NCBI GenBank assembly: GCA_965250285.1
Contig: OZ252299.1
Coordinates: forward strand, 5,920,001 to 5,984,000
Length of the DNA: 64,000 nt
Source: Myxococcota bacterium
Lineage (GTDB): Bacteria > Myxococcota_A > UBA9160 > UBA4427
Direction of reading: 5' to 3'
The notes beneath the pieces are model-generated. The model was given only the letters and a program-made list of their open reading frames with translations, was not told the origin of the DNA and did not search any database. The position numbers and the translations under genes were made by a program. Numbering within the stretch: the first letter of the stretch is position 1; each line of letters begins with the position of its first letter. Below, in pieces: positions 49,450 to 60,771 of this stretch.

Positions 49450-50721
49450 ATGACCGTGACCCGTCCCTTTCGAGCCGTGCGTTACGACACCGGCAAGGTC
49501 GACCTCGGTCGCGTGATCGTGCCGCCCTACGACGTGATCGCGGCCGATGAGCGCGCCGGCTTCTTCGAGCGCGATCCGCACAACGCGATCCGGCTCGAGC
49601 TGACCCGCGATGTCGCCGACGAGGCGAGCACCGACTACGCCGATGTCGCCGACACGTTCGAGGGCTGGCTCAGCGAGGGCGCGCTGGTGCAGGACGACGC
49701 ACCCGGGTTCTACGTGATGCGTCAGACGTTCACGGCGCCGGACGGTGAGACGCTGGCTCGCATCGGCTTCTTCGCCGAGCTGGGGCTGGCCGACTACGAG
49801 GAGCGCATCGTACGTCCCCACGAGCGCACGCTGGCGGGCCCCAAGGCCGACCGATTGAAGATCCTGCGCGCCGCGAAGGCCAATCTGTCGAGCGTGTTCC
49901 TGCTCTACGAAGACCGCGAGGACATCCTCGCCATCGATCTCGAGCGCGCCTTCGAAGACGGATTCATCGGCGAGGCGAAGGATGAAGCGGGGGTGCACTA
50001 CGCGCTCGCGCGGCTGACCGATGCCGACAGCTGCGCGCGCATCGAAGCCTTCATGGACGCGCATCCGACGGTGATCGCCGACGGGCACCATCGCTACGAA
50101 ACGGCGCTCGCGTACCGCGACGAGCAGCGTGCGGCGCATGGCGGCGATGCCGGCGACGCCGAGAGCACGCTGGCGTACTTCGCGAACGCGTGGGCGCCCG
50201 GCAGCCTGTTGTTGCCGATTCATCGCGTGGTCGTCGCCGCGGCGCCGCCGACGTCGCTCGAGGGTTGGCTCGAGGCGCTGCCCGACTGGCAGGGCAAGAC
50301 CGTGCCGATCGCGGGCATCGACGCCGCGGCGGGCGTCCTCGACGAGCACCTGGCCCCGCTCGCGGGCCACCCGGCCTTCGCCGCCGACGATGGCTCGGGC
50401 CAGCTTCACGTCCTCTGGCGCGATGAAGAACTCGGCGAGCAGCTCGGGGTGCGCGTGCTCGAGAGCGACGTGATCGGCGCGGTGTTCGGCCTCGACACCG
50501 ACGCGATCCGCAATGGCGCGGTGCGGTTTCCGAAGAGCGCGGCGCGCGCGGCGCGCGAGGTGCGCGACGGAGAGGGCCAGGTGGCGCTCTACCTGAATCC
50601 GCTGGCGCCCGACGACGTGTTTCGGGCCACCGAGCGCGGCGAGGTCATGCCGCAGAAGTCGACCTACTTTCATCCCAAGATCCCGACGGGCATGGTCTTT
50701 CGGGCGCACGGCCGGTCGTGA
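49450..50721 (+). CDS. DUF1015 family protein
   Basis: PPYDVI, PHERT, IADGHHRYETA and MPQKSTYFHPK. Confidence 0.92.
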   Translation: MTVTRPFRAVRYDTGKVDLGRVIVPPYDVIAADERAGFFERDPHNAIRLELTRDVADEASTDYADVADTFEGWLSEGALVQDDAPGFYVMRQTFTAPDGETLARIGFFAELGLADYEERIVRPHERTLAGPKADRLKILRAAKANLSSVFLLYEDREDILAIDLERAFEDGFIGEAKDEAGVHYALARLTDADSCARIEAFMDAHPTVIADGHHRYETALAYRDEQRAAHGGDAGDAESTLAYFANAWAPGSLLLPIHRVVVAAAPPTSLEGWLEALPDWQGKTVPIAGIDAAAGVLDEHLAPLAGHPAFAADDGSGQLHVLWRDEELGEQLGVRVLESDVIGAVFGLDTDAIRNGAVRFPKSAARAAREVRDGEGQVALYLNPLAPDDVFRATERGEVMPQKSTYFHPKIPTGMVFRAHGRS

Positions 50722-51044
50722 GCACGCCGCCCCGCGGTCGCAAGCGGCGCCGCCGCAGCTCGCCTCGGGCCGTCGGTGACATGCTCGAGACCGTGCTCGG
50801 CGACCTCGGTCTCGACGCCGCCGCCCGGGCCTTTCGCGTCGGCGAGCACTGGGCCGAGACCGTCGGCGAGGCGGGCGCCCAGCACAGCCGGTGTGTCGGG
50901 CTGCGCGGGTCGGTCCTCGAGATCGCCGTCGACTCGAGCGTCTGGTGTCAGCAGCTGCAGCTTGAGAAGGCCCGCCTGCTCGAAGGCTTGCGGGAGCGGC
51001 TTGGCGACGAGGCGCCCACCGACATCCGTTTTCGTGTGGGTTGA
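50718..51044 (+). CDS. dciA: DciA/DUF721 family protein
   Basis: W.ETVG...AQHS....LRGSVLEIAVDSSVWCQQL...IRFRVG. Confidence 0.8.
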   Translation: MSTPPRGRKRRRRSSPRAVGDMLETVLGDLGLDAAARAFRVGEHWAETVGEAGAQHSRCVGLRGSVLEIAVDSSVWCQQLQLEKARLLEGLRERLGDEAPTDIRFRVG

Positions 51045-51116
51045 GCCCCCCGGCGGGCCCGATTCGGGCGGAATCCAGGGCGCCGTCCACGCCAAGCACT
51101 GGTAGACTTCGCGGTG

Positions 51117-51326
51117 ATGGCACTTCAGACGCGAAACGACGAGCCGGTGGCCCAGACTGCACCCGACGGCGTGGCCTGCGACTTCTGTGGAGACGTGGTC
51201 CCGAGCGTTCGCCGGGTCGCCCTCGACGGCGACTACGAGCGGCTGCGCACCCGCCATCGTGTGCGGTACTCGTGCGCGTCCTGCTTCGAGAAGAAGGAGG
51301 CCGAGCGCACGGCGCGCGCCGGCTGA
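51117..51326 (+). CDS. Small putative zinc-finger protein
   Basis: CDFC...CASC, GC3-rich coding pattern. Confidence 0.7.
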   Translation: MALQTRNDEPVAQTAPDGVACDFCGDVVPSVRRVALDGDYERLRTRHRVRYSCASCFEKKEAERTARAG

Positions 51327-51384
51327 GCCGCTTCAGTCTGCGGGCGGAGCCGGCCTCTGGCCGCTCTGATACGGGTCGCTCGGG

Positions 51385-51413
51385 TTGACCCGAGAGGCGG
51401 ACTTCTCTAGGTT
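51385..51413 (+). promoter_or_regulatory. Sigma70-type promoter for the rpsP operon
   Basis: TTGACC-N17-TAGGTT. Confidence 0.6.
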
Positions 51414-51665
51414 CCGCGCCCGTTTGGAGGCATCCGCCGCCTTCGGCGCCCACCCGACCACGCGCCCGCTCGCAGGGGCTCGCGCAGGCCGGGCGGCGTC
51501 AGCATCAACGGCATCACATCGAGTCCGAGACTCGGCCCACCTCGACGCTCCGCGCCCGCGCGCGATGCCGTCGGCGTGAGACCGGGCCGCGCTCGACGCA
51601 CAGCACGAGCAATTCATCGAGGCGACCGCCTGCGTGCGGTGGCCGACCGAGAGGACCGACCGCAC

Positions 51666-51920
51666 ATGGTCAAGATTCGCCTGACCCGGGGTGGCTCGAA
51701 GAAGCGCCCCTTCTACCGCGTGACCGCCATCGACGAGCGCAAGCGCCGCGATGGCCGCCCGCTCGAGTTCCTGGGCACCTACGACCCGAAGCCCGAGCAG
51801 GAAGACATCAAGCTCGACATCGCCGGCATCGAGAAGTGGGTCGCCAAGGGCGCCCAGGTGAGCGAGACCGTCGCCGGCCTGATGAAGAAGCAGCGCAAGG
51901 CTGCTGGAGCCGCGAGCTGA
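51666..51920 (+). CDS. rpsP: 30S ribosomal protein S16
   Basis: MVKIRLTRGGSKKRPFYRV...GRPLEFLGTYDP...GAQVSETV. Confidence 0.98.
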   Translation: MVKIRLTRGGSKKRPFYRVTAIDERKRRDGRPLEFLGTYDPKPEQEDIKLDIAGIEKWVAKGAQVSETVAGLMKKQRKAAGAAS

Positions 51921-52156
51921 TGGCCGACGAGCGCGCCGCTGAAGAGCTGGTCGAGTTCATCGCGAAGGCCCTCGTCGACGACACCGACGCGGTGGCCGTC
52001 AAGCGATCCGAAGACGGACGCACGCTCGAGCTCGAGACGGCGGCCGACGACCGCGGTCGCGTGATTGGTCGCCAGGGCCGCGTCGCCAAGGCGATGCGCG
52101 CGCTGCTCGGCGCGTCGAGCGCCGGTAGCCAGCTGCGACTCGACATCGTCGACTGA
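51920..52156 (+). CDS. khpA: KH-domain RNA-binding protein KhpA
   Basis: ELVEFIAKALVD, DRGRVIGRQGRVAKAMR; TGATG overlap with rpsP. Confidence 0.93.
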   Translation: MADERAAEELVEFIAKALVDDTDAVAVKRSEDGRTLELETAADDRGRVIGRQGRVAKAMRALLGASSAGSQLRLDIVD

Positions 52157-52172
52157 GTCGGAGGTCGGGGCC

Positions 52173-52301
52173 ATGCTGCTTCGACCGACCGCCCGCCGCC
52201 GCCGCATCGAAGCCGTGCGCGCGATTCGGGCTCTCCTGATCGATCTCGGCCGTTTGGAGCGCACTCGCGCCTGCGGTCTCTGCCCTCGCCATGGCCTCTG
52301 A
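52173..52301 (+). CDS. Putative 42-aa small basic protein inside the rpsP operon
   Basis: GGAGG RBS 8 nt upstream; MLLRPTARRRRIEAVRAIRALLIDLGRLERTRACGLCPRHGL*. Overlaps the rimM start. Confidence 0.5.
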   Translation: MLLRPTARRRRIEAVRAIRALLIDLGRLERTRACGLCPRHGL

Positions 52302-52839
52302 CGCCCGCGAAGAGCGCGTCCTGCTCGGGCGCGTCGTCGGCGCCCATGCACTCAAGGGCGAACTGCGCGTACGTTTCTTCGGCGACGGACCGGGGCAGCT
52401 ACTGAACGCCGAGCAGGTCTACCTCGGTGCGAACGACGAACAGCCCGAACGCGCGCGGGCGCACGACGTCATGCGCACGGGCACCGGTCGCGCCGGCGAG
52501 GTGCGGATGCTGCTCACAGGGGTCGAAGGACGCGACGCCGCCGATGCGCTCAAGGGGCAGGCGGTGTTCGGCCTGCTCGCCGAGCTGCCCGAGCTCGGCG
52601 ACGACGAGTTCTACTGGCACGAGCTCGTGGGCTTCGAGGTCGTGAGCGACGACGGCGAAGCGATCGGCACCGTGCGGGAGCTCTGGGAGACCGGCGCCCA
52701 CGACGTCCTCGTGGTCGATGGCGTCGACGGCCAGCAGGTGCTGCTCCCCACCGCGCGCGAGTTCATGACCTCGGTCGACCGCGCGGCGCGCCGCATCGAG
52801 TTCAATCTGTGGCCGGGGCTGCTCGACCAGCAGGCGTGA
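52291..52839 (+). CDS. rimM: Ribosome maturation factor RimM
   Basis: GRVVGAHALKGELRV, EFYWHELVG and TGAHDVLVV; operon position. Confidence 0.95.
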   Translation: MASDAREERVLLGRVVGAHALKGELRVRFFGDGPGQLLNAEQVYLGANDEQPERARAHDVMRTGTGRAGEVRMLLTGVEGRDAADALKGQAVFGLLAELPELGDDEFYWHELVGFEVVSDDGEAIGTVRELWETGAHDVLVVDGVDGQQVLLPTAREFMTSVDRAARRIEFNLWPGLLDQQA

Positions 52840-52881
52840 CGACGCGCTTCGCGGGCGCACGACGAGGGGAGACGGGGCTCG

Positions 52882-53697
52882 ATGCGCATCGACATCATCA
52901 CGCTCTTCCCCGAGCTCTTCGGCCCGTTCCTCGACGTGTCGTTCGTCGGTCAGGCGCGCGAGAAGGGCCTCGTCGACGTGACCGTGCACGATCTGCGCGA
53001 CTGGGCGACCGATCGGCACCGCACGGTCGACGACAGTCCGTACGGCGGAGGCCCGGGCATGCTGATGGCGCCCGAACCGCTCGTGCCGGCGATCGAGGCG
53101 GTGGCCGGGCCGAAGGGCGCCGATCGGGTCGCTCACGTCGCAGCGCTTTCCCCGCAGGGCGCACCACTTGGGCAGGATCGACTCGCCGAGCTCGCTGGGC
53201 TCGGCCACCTCGTGCTCGTGTGCGGTCGGTACGAGGGCATCGACGACCGGGTGTACGAGCTCGCTGTCGATGAAGAGATCTCGATCGGCGACTACGTGCT
53301 GTCGGGGGGCGAGCTGCCGGCGATGGTGTTGATCGAGGGGCTCGCGCGCCTCGTGCCGGGGGTGCTCGGCAATCCGGAATCCGCCCGAATCGACTCCTTT
53401 GGGGGCGGACTTCTGGAGGGACCGCAGTATACTCGGCCGCCCATTTATCGTGGCCTGGCCGTGCCCGACGTCCTCCGATCGGGCGATCACGCGGCCATCG
53501 CACGTTGGCGTGCCGAGCAGGCCCTCGAACGGACTCGTAAGAGACGACCCGATCTGGTGAGCGCTCGCGACGATCGCGAAGCGAACACGGATGTCGACGT
53601 CGATGCGCGAGGCGACGGTTCGGGGGAACGGTCGACCAAAGGCGACGGACACGATGAGCGCGGCGCGAAGGGGCGCGGCGCGCACGACGAGAGTTGA
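52882..53697 (+). CDS. trmD: tRNA (guanine37-N1)-methyltransferase
   Basis: [36 protein letters not shown] and YTRP. Confidence 0.97.
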   Translation: MRIDIITLFPELFGPFLDVSFVGQAREKGLVDVTVHDLRDWATDRHRTVDDSPYGGGPGMLMAPEPLVPAIEAVAGPKGADRVAHVAALSPQGAPLGQDRLAELAGLGHLVLVCGRYEGIDDRVYELAVDEEISIGDYVLSGGELPAMVLIEGLARLVPGVLGNPESARIDSFGGGLLEGPQYTRPPIYRGLAVPDVLRSGDHAAIARWRAEQALERTRKRRPDLVSARDDREANTDVDVDARGDGSGERSTKGDGHDERGAKGRGAHDES

Positions 53698-53777
53698 ATT
53701 CACATGGGCCGGTCCGGATCGACGGCGGCCCTTCGCACCGGTCGACCGGCCGGTGATGCATGAGACGAGGTGAGACG

Positions 53778-54446
53778 ATGAGGACGCTGGACTTCATCGA
53801 GAGCGAAACGCTCCGACGCGATCTGCCCCCCTTCCGTGTGGGCGATGCCGTGCGCGTGCACGCCAAGGTGCGCGAAGGCGAGAAGGAGCGCATTCAGGTC
53901 TTCGAAGGCGTCGTGATTCGCCGCAAGGGCACGGGCGCGGGCGAGACGTTCACCGTGCGCAAGATCGCGAGCGGCGTCGGCGTCGAGCGCATCTTCCCGG
54001 TGCAGTCGCCGCTGATCACGAAGCTCGAGATCCGCAACCGCGGCTACGTGCGTCGCTCGAAGCTCTACTACCTGCGCGAGCTGACCGGCAAGAAGGCGCG
54101 CCTCAAGAGCAAGGTGCGCGATCTCTCCGACCTGCTCTCGCCCGAGGCCGCCGAGCATGCCGCGAACGCCGCTGCCGCCACGGACGAAGAGCTGACCGAG
54201 CCCGTGGCCGAGGTCGCCGCCGAGACCACCGACGAGAAGGCCGGCAAGAAGCTCAAGGGCAAGGCGCGCAAGAAGGCGAAGGCGGCCGAGAAGGCCGTGC
54301 GCATGGAGCAGCTCCAGAAGGAAGAGGCCGACCGCGCTGCCAAGAAGGCGGAAGCAGAAGCCAAGGCGGCCGCCGAGGCGGAAGCCGACGCCGAGACCGA
54401 GGCCGACGGCGGTGGGGACGAGGCCGCCGAAGAGAAGTCGGAGTAG
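53778..54446 (+). CDS. rplS: 50S ribosomal protein L19 with long charged C-terminal extension
   Basis: [30 protein letters not shown] and [10 protein letters not shown], then about 105 aa of Ala/Glu/Lys-rich tail. Confidence 0.96.
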   Translation: MRTLDFIESETLRRDLPPFRVGDAVRVHAKVREGEKERIQVFEGVVIRRKGTGAGETFTVRKIASGVGVERIFPVQSPLITKLEIRNRGYVRRSKLYYLRELTGKKARLKSKVRDLSDLLSPEAAEHAANAAAATDEELTEPVAEVAAETTDEKAGKKLKGKARKKAKAAEKAVRMEQLQKEEADRAAKKAEAEAKAAAEAEADAETEADGGGDEAAEEKSE

Positions 54447-54729
54447 CGCGACGGGCTCGGGACCGCTTTGAGCGGGTCCTTCGAGCGCGGGTCACGCCCG
54501 CCGTCGCAGCAGACAGGCTCACCGAGCGCCGTTGTGGATTCAGGTCCACAACGGCGCGTCTGTTTCTGGGGGCCGGTTTGCGGGTCGGCGCACGCAGCCG
54601 AACAGCGGGTCGGAGCTGGGGGCGGCGGGCTCGAGGTGCGGAGCCCCGGAAGCATCTGAATACGCGGCCGCGGCAGCGCATTGGCCGTGCCGCGTGGGAG
54701 CGCGGGCCCGCTCATCGCGGGCGGAGCGA

Positions 54730-55104
54730 CTACGGGGCGCTGGTGCCTTCGCGGCCGAAGTCGTCGCTCAGGCGCACGACGTCGTCGATCTCGGGCGTGC
54801 TCACTTCGACGAGTCGCACCTGCTTGTCGAGCGCTTCGAAGCGGTGCTTCTTGCCGACCGGGATGCGGCTGTTCTCGCCCGGCTCGAGATCGTGCAGGCG
54901 GATCTCGCCGTCGTCGCCTTCGAGGTGCAGGCGCAGCGTGCCCTCGAGCACGATCAGGCTCTCGTCCTTCAGCTCGTGGTACTGCAGTGAGAGCCGCTTG
55001 CCCGGATCGATCGTGATGATCTTGCCGACGTAGCGATCGGTGTGGGCCCAGATCAGCTCGTTGCCCCAGGGCTTGTCGACATGGCGCTTCTCTTCGCCCG
55101 GCAT
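54730..55104 (-). CDS. Cupin (mannose-6-phosphate isomerase type II C-terminal-like)
   Basis: VDKPWG.E, LSLQYH..KDE, HRF and EVSTPEIDDVVRL.DDFGR. Confidence 0.88.
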   Translation of the reverse strand: MPGEEKRHVDKPWGNELIWAHTDRYVGKIITIDPGKRLSLQYHELKDESLIVLEGTLRLHLEGDDGEIRLHDLEPGENSRIPVGKKHRFEALDKQVRLVEVSTPEIDDVVRLSDDFGREGTSAP

Positions 55105-55234
55105 GCTGGCTCCTTCTACGCACGGCGCGCCACTGCGGGGCGCGGAGTGTATCACGAAGGATGTCCCCGATGCGGGCGCAGAGGTGACGTGCGCATTCAT
55201 GGAGCGTTGCGTTGCAGTTGCAACGCCACGTTGC

Positions 55235-55645
55235 TCAGTCGCCGGCGTCGAACGCTCCTTCGTAGTGTGTGAGCTGCCAATCCGGTGCCTGGTCGGGGCC
55301 GCGCTCGACGACCCGCCAGGCGATCACGTCGAAGCGAACGCGCCAGCGGGCGCGACGGTGCTGCGTCAGCCATGCGCGTGCGCCGGCGACCAGGCGTCTT
55401 CGCTTGTGCCAGTCGACCGCGGCCTCGCCGCCGCCGTGCTGTGCGGAGCGGCGGGTTTTCACTTCGACGAACACGACGAGACGACTTCGCTCGGCCACGA
55501 GGTCGATCTCGACGCCGCCTGAGCGAACGTTGCGATCGGCGATGCGATACCCTCGCGCGCGCAGATGCGCCGCGGCGCGGGCTTCGCCTTCGGCACCGAG
55601 CGCGAGGTGGCGTGCGGGCTTCGCCTTGGAGTCGGATCGGGGGAT
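55235..55645 (-). CDS. yraN: YraN family (UPF0102) protein
   Basis: LGAEGE..AA.HL...GY.I..RN, EIDLVA, VFVEVKTR and RFDVI. Start uncertain (ATC at 55645, or upstream GTG at 55720). Confidence 0.9.
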   Translation of the reverse strand: MPRSDSKAKPARHLALGAEGEARAAAHLRARGYRIADRNVRSGGVEIDLVAERSRLVVFVEVKTRRSAQHGGGEAAVDWHKRRRLVAGARAWLTQHRRARWRVRFDVIAWRVVERGPDQAPDWQLTHYEGAFDAGD

Positions 55646-55715
55646 CGTTTCAGTCCTTCCGGCCGGGTGTTCGGGCTCGGGTTCGGGGTCGGGTGCAGCC
55701 CAGGGGAGCCGACGA

Positions 55716-56603
55716 TTGACACGCGCCGAGACCGGCACCCTCTATGTCGTCGCCACGCCCATCGGCAATCTCGAAGACATCACCGTGCGCGCGGTACGCA
55801 TCCTCGGCGAGGTCGACCAGGTGCTCGCCGAGGACACGAGGCAGACCCGCAAGCTGCTCGAGCGTCACGGCATCGCGACGCGCTGCACCTCGCTGCACGC
55901 GCACAACGAGGCCTCGCGCATCGAAGGCACCCTCGCGCAGCTCGCCGAGGGGCGAAACATCGCGGTGGTGTCCGATGCCGGGACGCCCTTGATCTCCGAT
56001 CCGGGTGCGCGTCTCGTGGCGGCCGCGCGGGACGCGGGGTGTCCGGTGGTGCCGCTGCCCGGGGCTTCGGCCGTGCTCGCGGCGCTCGCCGGGTGCGGGC
56101 TTCAGATCGCCTCGTTCACGTTCATCGGCTTCCTGCCGCGCTCGGCGGGCGCACGCCGCAAGCGCCTCGAGCGCGAGCACGGGCGCCCCGAGGCGCTGGT
56201 CCTCTTCGAATCGCCGCGTCGACTGCGCGCGACCCTCGACGATCTGCGCGCGATATTCGGCGACACGCGCCGCGCCTGCGTGGCGCGCGAGTTGACGAAG
56301 CTGCACGAGGAGTTCGTGCGCGGCTCGCTCGCCGAGCTGTGTGATGCATACGAAGCGGCGCCGCGCGGCGAAGTGACCGTGGTCGTCGAAGGCACCCTCG
56401 ACGGCGCGGCGCTCGATCGGCTCGAAGGCGAGGCGCTCGACGCCGAGATCGAGCAGCGGATCGACGCGGGCGGGCGTCCGAAGGAGATCGCGGCCGAGCT
56501 GGCCGAGCGCACGGGCCTGCCGAAGCGCGAGCTGTACGCGATGGTCGTGGCCGCGCGCAGTGACGTGGACGATGAAGGCGATGTCGAAGGGGAGGTCGAC
56601 TGA
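55716..56603 (+). CDS. rsmI: 16S rRNA (cytidine1402-2'-O)-methyltransferase
   Basis: LYVVATPIGNLEDIT, AEDTR, SDAGTPLISDPG, FESPRR and RELTKLHEE. Confidence 0.97.
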   Translation: MTRAETGTLYVVATPIGNLEDITVRAVRILGEVDQVLAEDTRQTRKLLERHGIATRCTSLHAHNEASRIEGTLAQLAEGRNIAVVSDAGTPLISDPGARLVAAARDAGCPVVPLPGASAVLAALAGCGLQIASFTFIGFLPRSAGARRKRLEREHGRPEALVLFESPRRLRATLDDLRAIFGDTRRACVARELTKLHEEFVRGSLAELCDAYEAAPRGEVTVVVEGTLDGAALDRLEGEALDAEIEQRIDAGGRPKEIAAELAERTGLPKRELYAMVVAARSDVDDEGDVEGEVD

Positions 56604-56607
56604 CCCG

Positions 56608-58296
56608 ATGGCCTCGCTCGCGACGCGCATTGGCCAGGTGCTTCGCACGCTGCCGCACATCCAGCCACGCCAGGCCTGGGCGCAGCTCGAACACATGCTG
56701 CGCGGGCTGCACCCGCCGCGCGATCTGCCGGGCCCGGCCCCCGAGCTCGCGGTCGAGACGACCGACGTCGCGTTTCCGCCGGCGCCGGCGCACGCACGCC
56801 TCTCGGCGGGCAGCACCGTCGAGCTGCTGAACCGTCGGCTCGACGTCTCGCGTCGGTTCGACTGGGACCACACGAAGCGCGGCCCGCTCTTCGCGTACCA
56901 CCTGCACCAGCACGACTACCTGCGGCCGCCTGGCGGCCGCGGCAGCGGCCTCGAGGCCGACCCGGCGCGCGCGCCGCGCGAGCGAGCCGAGGTCATGCTC
57001 GATTGGGCGGTGCGCCATACGCGCGGCGTCGGCTGGGATCCCCACCCGATCTCGGTGCGCGCCTTCACCTGGGCGCGCTTTCTCACGACGTACGGTGCGC
57101 TCGACATGGACGACACCGAGGCGGCGCTGCTGCGGGCGAGCCTGGCGCGCCAGATCGACGCGCTCGACCGCAACATCGAGACCCGCCTGCAGGCGAATCA
57201 CCTGCTCTCGAACCTGATGGGCGTCGTGCTCGGGGGGCTGCTGCTCGGCGGCGACGCGGCGGCGCGTTGGCGGGCGCGCGCCCACTGGCTCGAGCAGGAG
57301 CTCGACCGGCAGGTGCATGCCGACGGGGCACACGAAGAGCGGTCGCCGATGTACCACGCCCTGATCCTCGAGAACGTGCTCGATCTCGTGCACGTGCATC
57401 GCCTCTCGCAGCACGCGCTGCCGCCCTCGATCGAAGCCACGCTCGAAACCACCGCGTCGCGCATGCTCGGCGCGCACGCGGTGTGGACGCACCGCGACGG
57501 CGAGATCGCGTTGCTCTCCGACTCGGCGTTCGGCATTGCGCAGCCCCCGGCCGAGCTACACCGCTACGCGTCCGATCTGGGGATCGTGCCGACGGCGCCG
57601 GCGCGGCCCGGCGTGCTCGACGGCGCCGGCTTCGTTCGCCTCGACGCCGGCGACTGGACCGCCCTCGTCTCGGTCGCGGGGCCGTCGCCGCCGCATCAGC
57701 CCGGCCACGCCCACTGCGACGCCCTGGCCGTCGATCTCGCGCTCGGCACCGAGCGCGTGGTGTCGGATACCGGCGTCTACGAGTACGTTCCCGGCGAGCG
57801 ACGCCGGCTCGCGCGCACCACCCGCAGTCATGCGACGCTCGAGATCGAAGGGGCCGAGCAGGCCGAGATCTGGGCGCCGCACCGCATCGGCGGTCGACCG
57901 CGCGTCTCGCTCGGCGACGTGACGCCGAACCACCGCGTCGAGGCGCGCTGTGCGGGGTGGTCGACGCGGCGCCTCACGCACGTCCGGCAAGTGCAGGTCG
58001 AGTCGGACGTGGTCACGGTGCTCGACCGCGTCGAGGGCGGCGCACAGCCGACCCGGATTCGCGCGGCGTGGCCGCTCGCGCCCGGCCTCACCGTCGAGCT
58101 CGATGCGGTCGCTTGCCACGCGACCCTCACGCTCGCGAGCGGGGCGTGCGTGCGCGTGAGCCTTCCCCCGACGCTCAGCTGGCGCGTCGACGAAGCGCCG
58201 ATCTATCCCGAGTTCGGGCGCGACGAAGCCCGGCCGGTGCTCGCGGGCGAAGGCGAAGCCACCGGCGAGCTGCGCACGGTCTTCTCTAGGGTCTGA
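56608..58296 (+). CDS. Heparinase II/III family protein
   Basis: W.P.PISVR, ANHLLSN, DGAHEERSPMYH, GHAHCDAL, DTGVYEY and R.T.SH.T. Confidence 0.88.
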   Translation: MASLATRIGQVLRTLPHIQPRQAWAQLEHMLRGLHPPRDLPGPAPELAVETTDVAFPPAPAHARLSAGSTVELLNRRLDVSRRFDWDHTKRGPLFAYHLHQHDYLRPPGGRGSGLEADPARAPRERAEVMLDWAVRHTRGVGWDPHPISVRAFTWARFLTTYGALDMDDTEAALLRASLARQIDALDRNIETRLQANHLLSNLMGVVLGGLLLGGDAAARWRARAHWLEQELDRQVHADGAHEERSPMYHALILENVLDLVHVHRLSQHALPPSIEATLETTASRMLGAHAVWTHRDGEIALLSDSAFGIAQPPAELHRYASDLGIVPTAPARPGVLDGAGFVRLDAGDWTALVSVAGPSPPHQPGHAHCDALAVDLALGTERVVSDTGVYEYVPGERRRLARTTRSHATLEIEGAEQAEIWAPHRIGGRPRVSLGDVTPNHRVEARCAGWSTRRLTHVRQVQVESDVVTVLDRVEGGAQPTRIRAAWPLAPGLTVELDAVACHATLTLASGACVRVSLPPTLSWRVDEAPIYPEFGRDEARPVLAGEGEATGELRTVFSRV

Positions 58297-58365
58297 GTCT
58301 CACCGCTCGCTCGGCCTCGAACGTCTCCCGGCCGAGCGCGCCGCGCTATGACCGAAGCCTTTCGA

Positions 58366-58483
58366 GGCCGGGGCAGGCGGGGGTACCGCGCGCAGTTCGC
58401 AGGCGCGACGTGCGCAACATCCGAGCTTCCCAGGCAGATCGCGCCGAGAATGTCTGAGCACGGTGCCCCCGCCTGCCCCGGCC
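58366..58483. repeat. 118-bp element with 23-bp terminal inverted repeats (REP/MITE-like or structured RNA)
   Basis: GGCCGGGGCAGGCGGGGGTACCG (58366-58388) vs CGGTGCCCCCGCCTGCCCCGGCC (58461-58483): 22/23 complementary, and the mismatch can pair U-G on the + strand. Confidence 0.75.
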
Positions 58484-58536
58484 CTGCCCCGCCGGACCGT
58501 CCAGAGGTTCCGTAGCCGCCGGGCGCGCGCCGAGTG

Positions 58537-60609
<2,073 letters not shown>

Positions 60610-60771
60610 TTAAAGCCGGACCGCGAGAGAGGCGATACGAACGCTGCGGCGCTCGACCGGCTCGGAGGATGACCCGCAGGGTAACACGACCCTGGGGCCG
60701 TTCCTCGTGGTGCGTCCGCACTCGCTTCGCACCGATGCGGACGAGCAAGCGAACCGGAGGACGCCCGGCCC

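Noticed and set aside
58300..58536. SRP RNA or 6S RNA call for the long hairpin
   Set aside because: Lacks the SRP domain IV CAGG...GGAA...AGCA signature, and the near-perfect GC stem is unlike 6S RNA; kept only as a repeat element.
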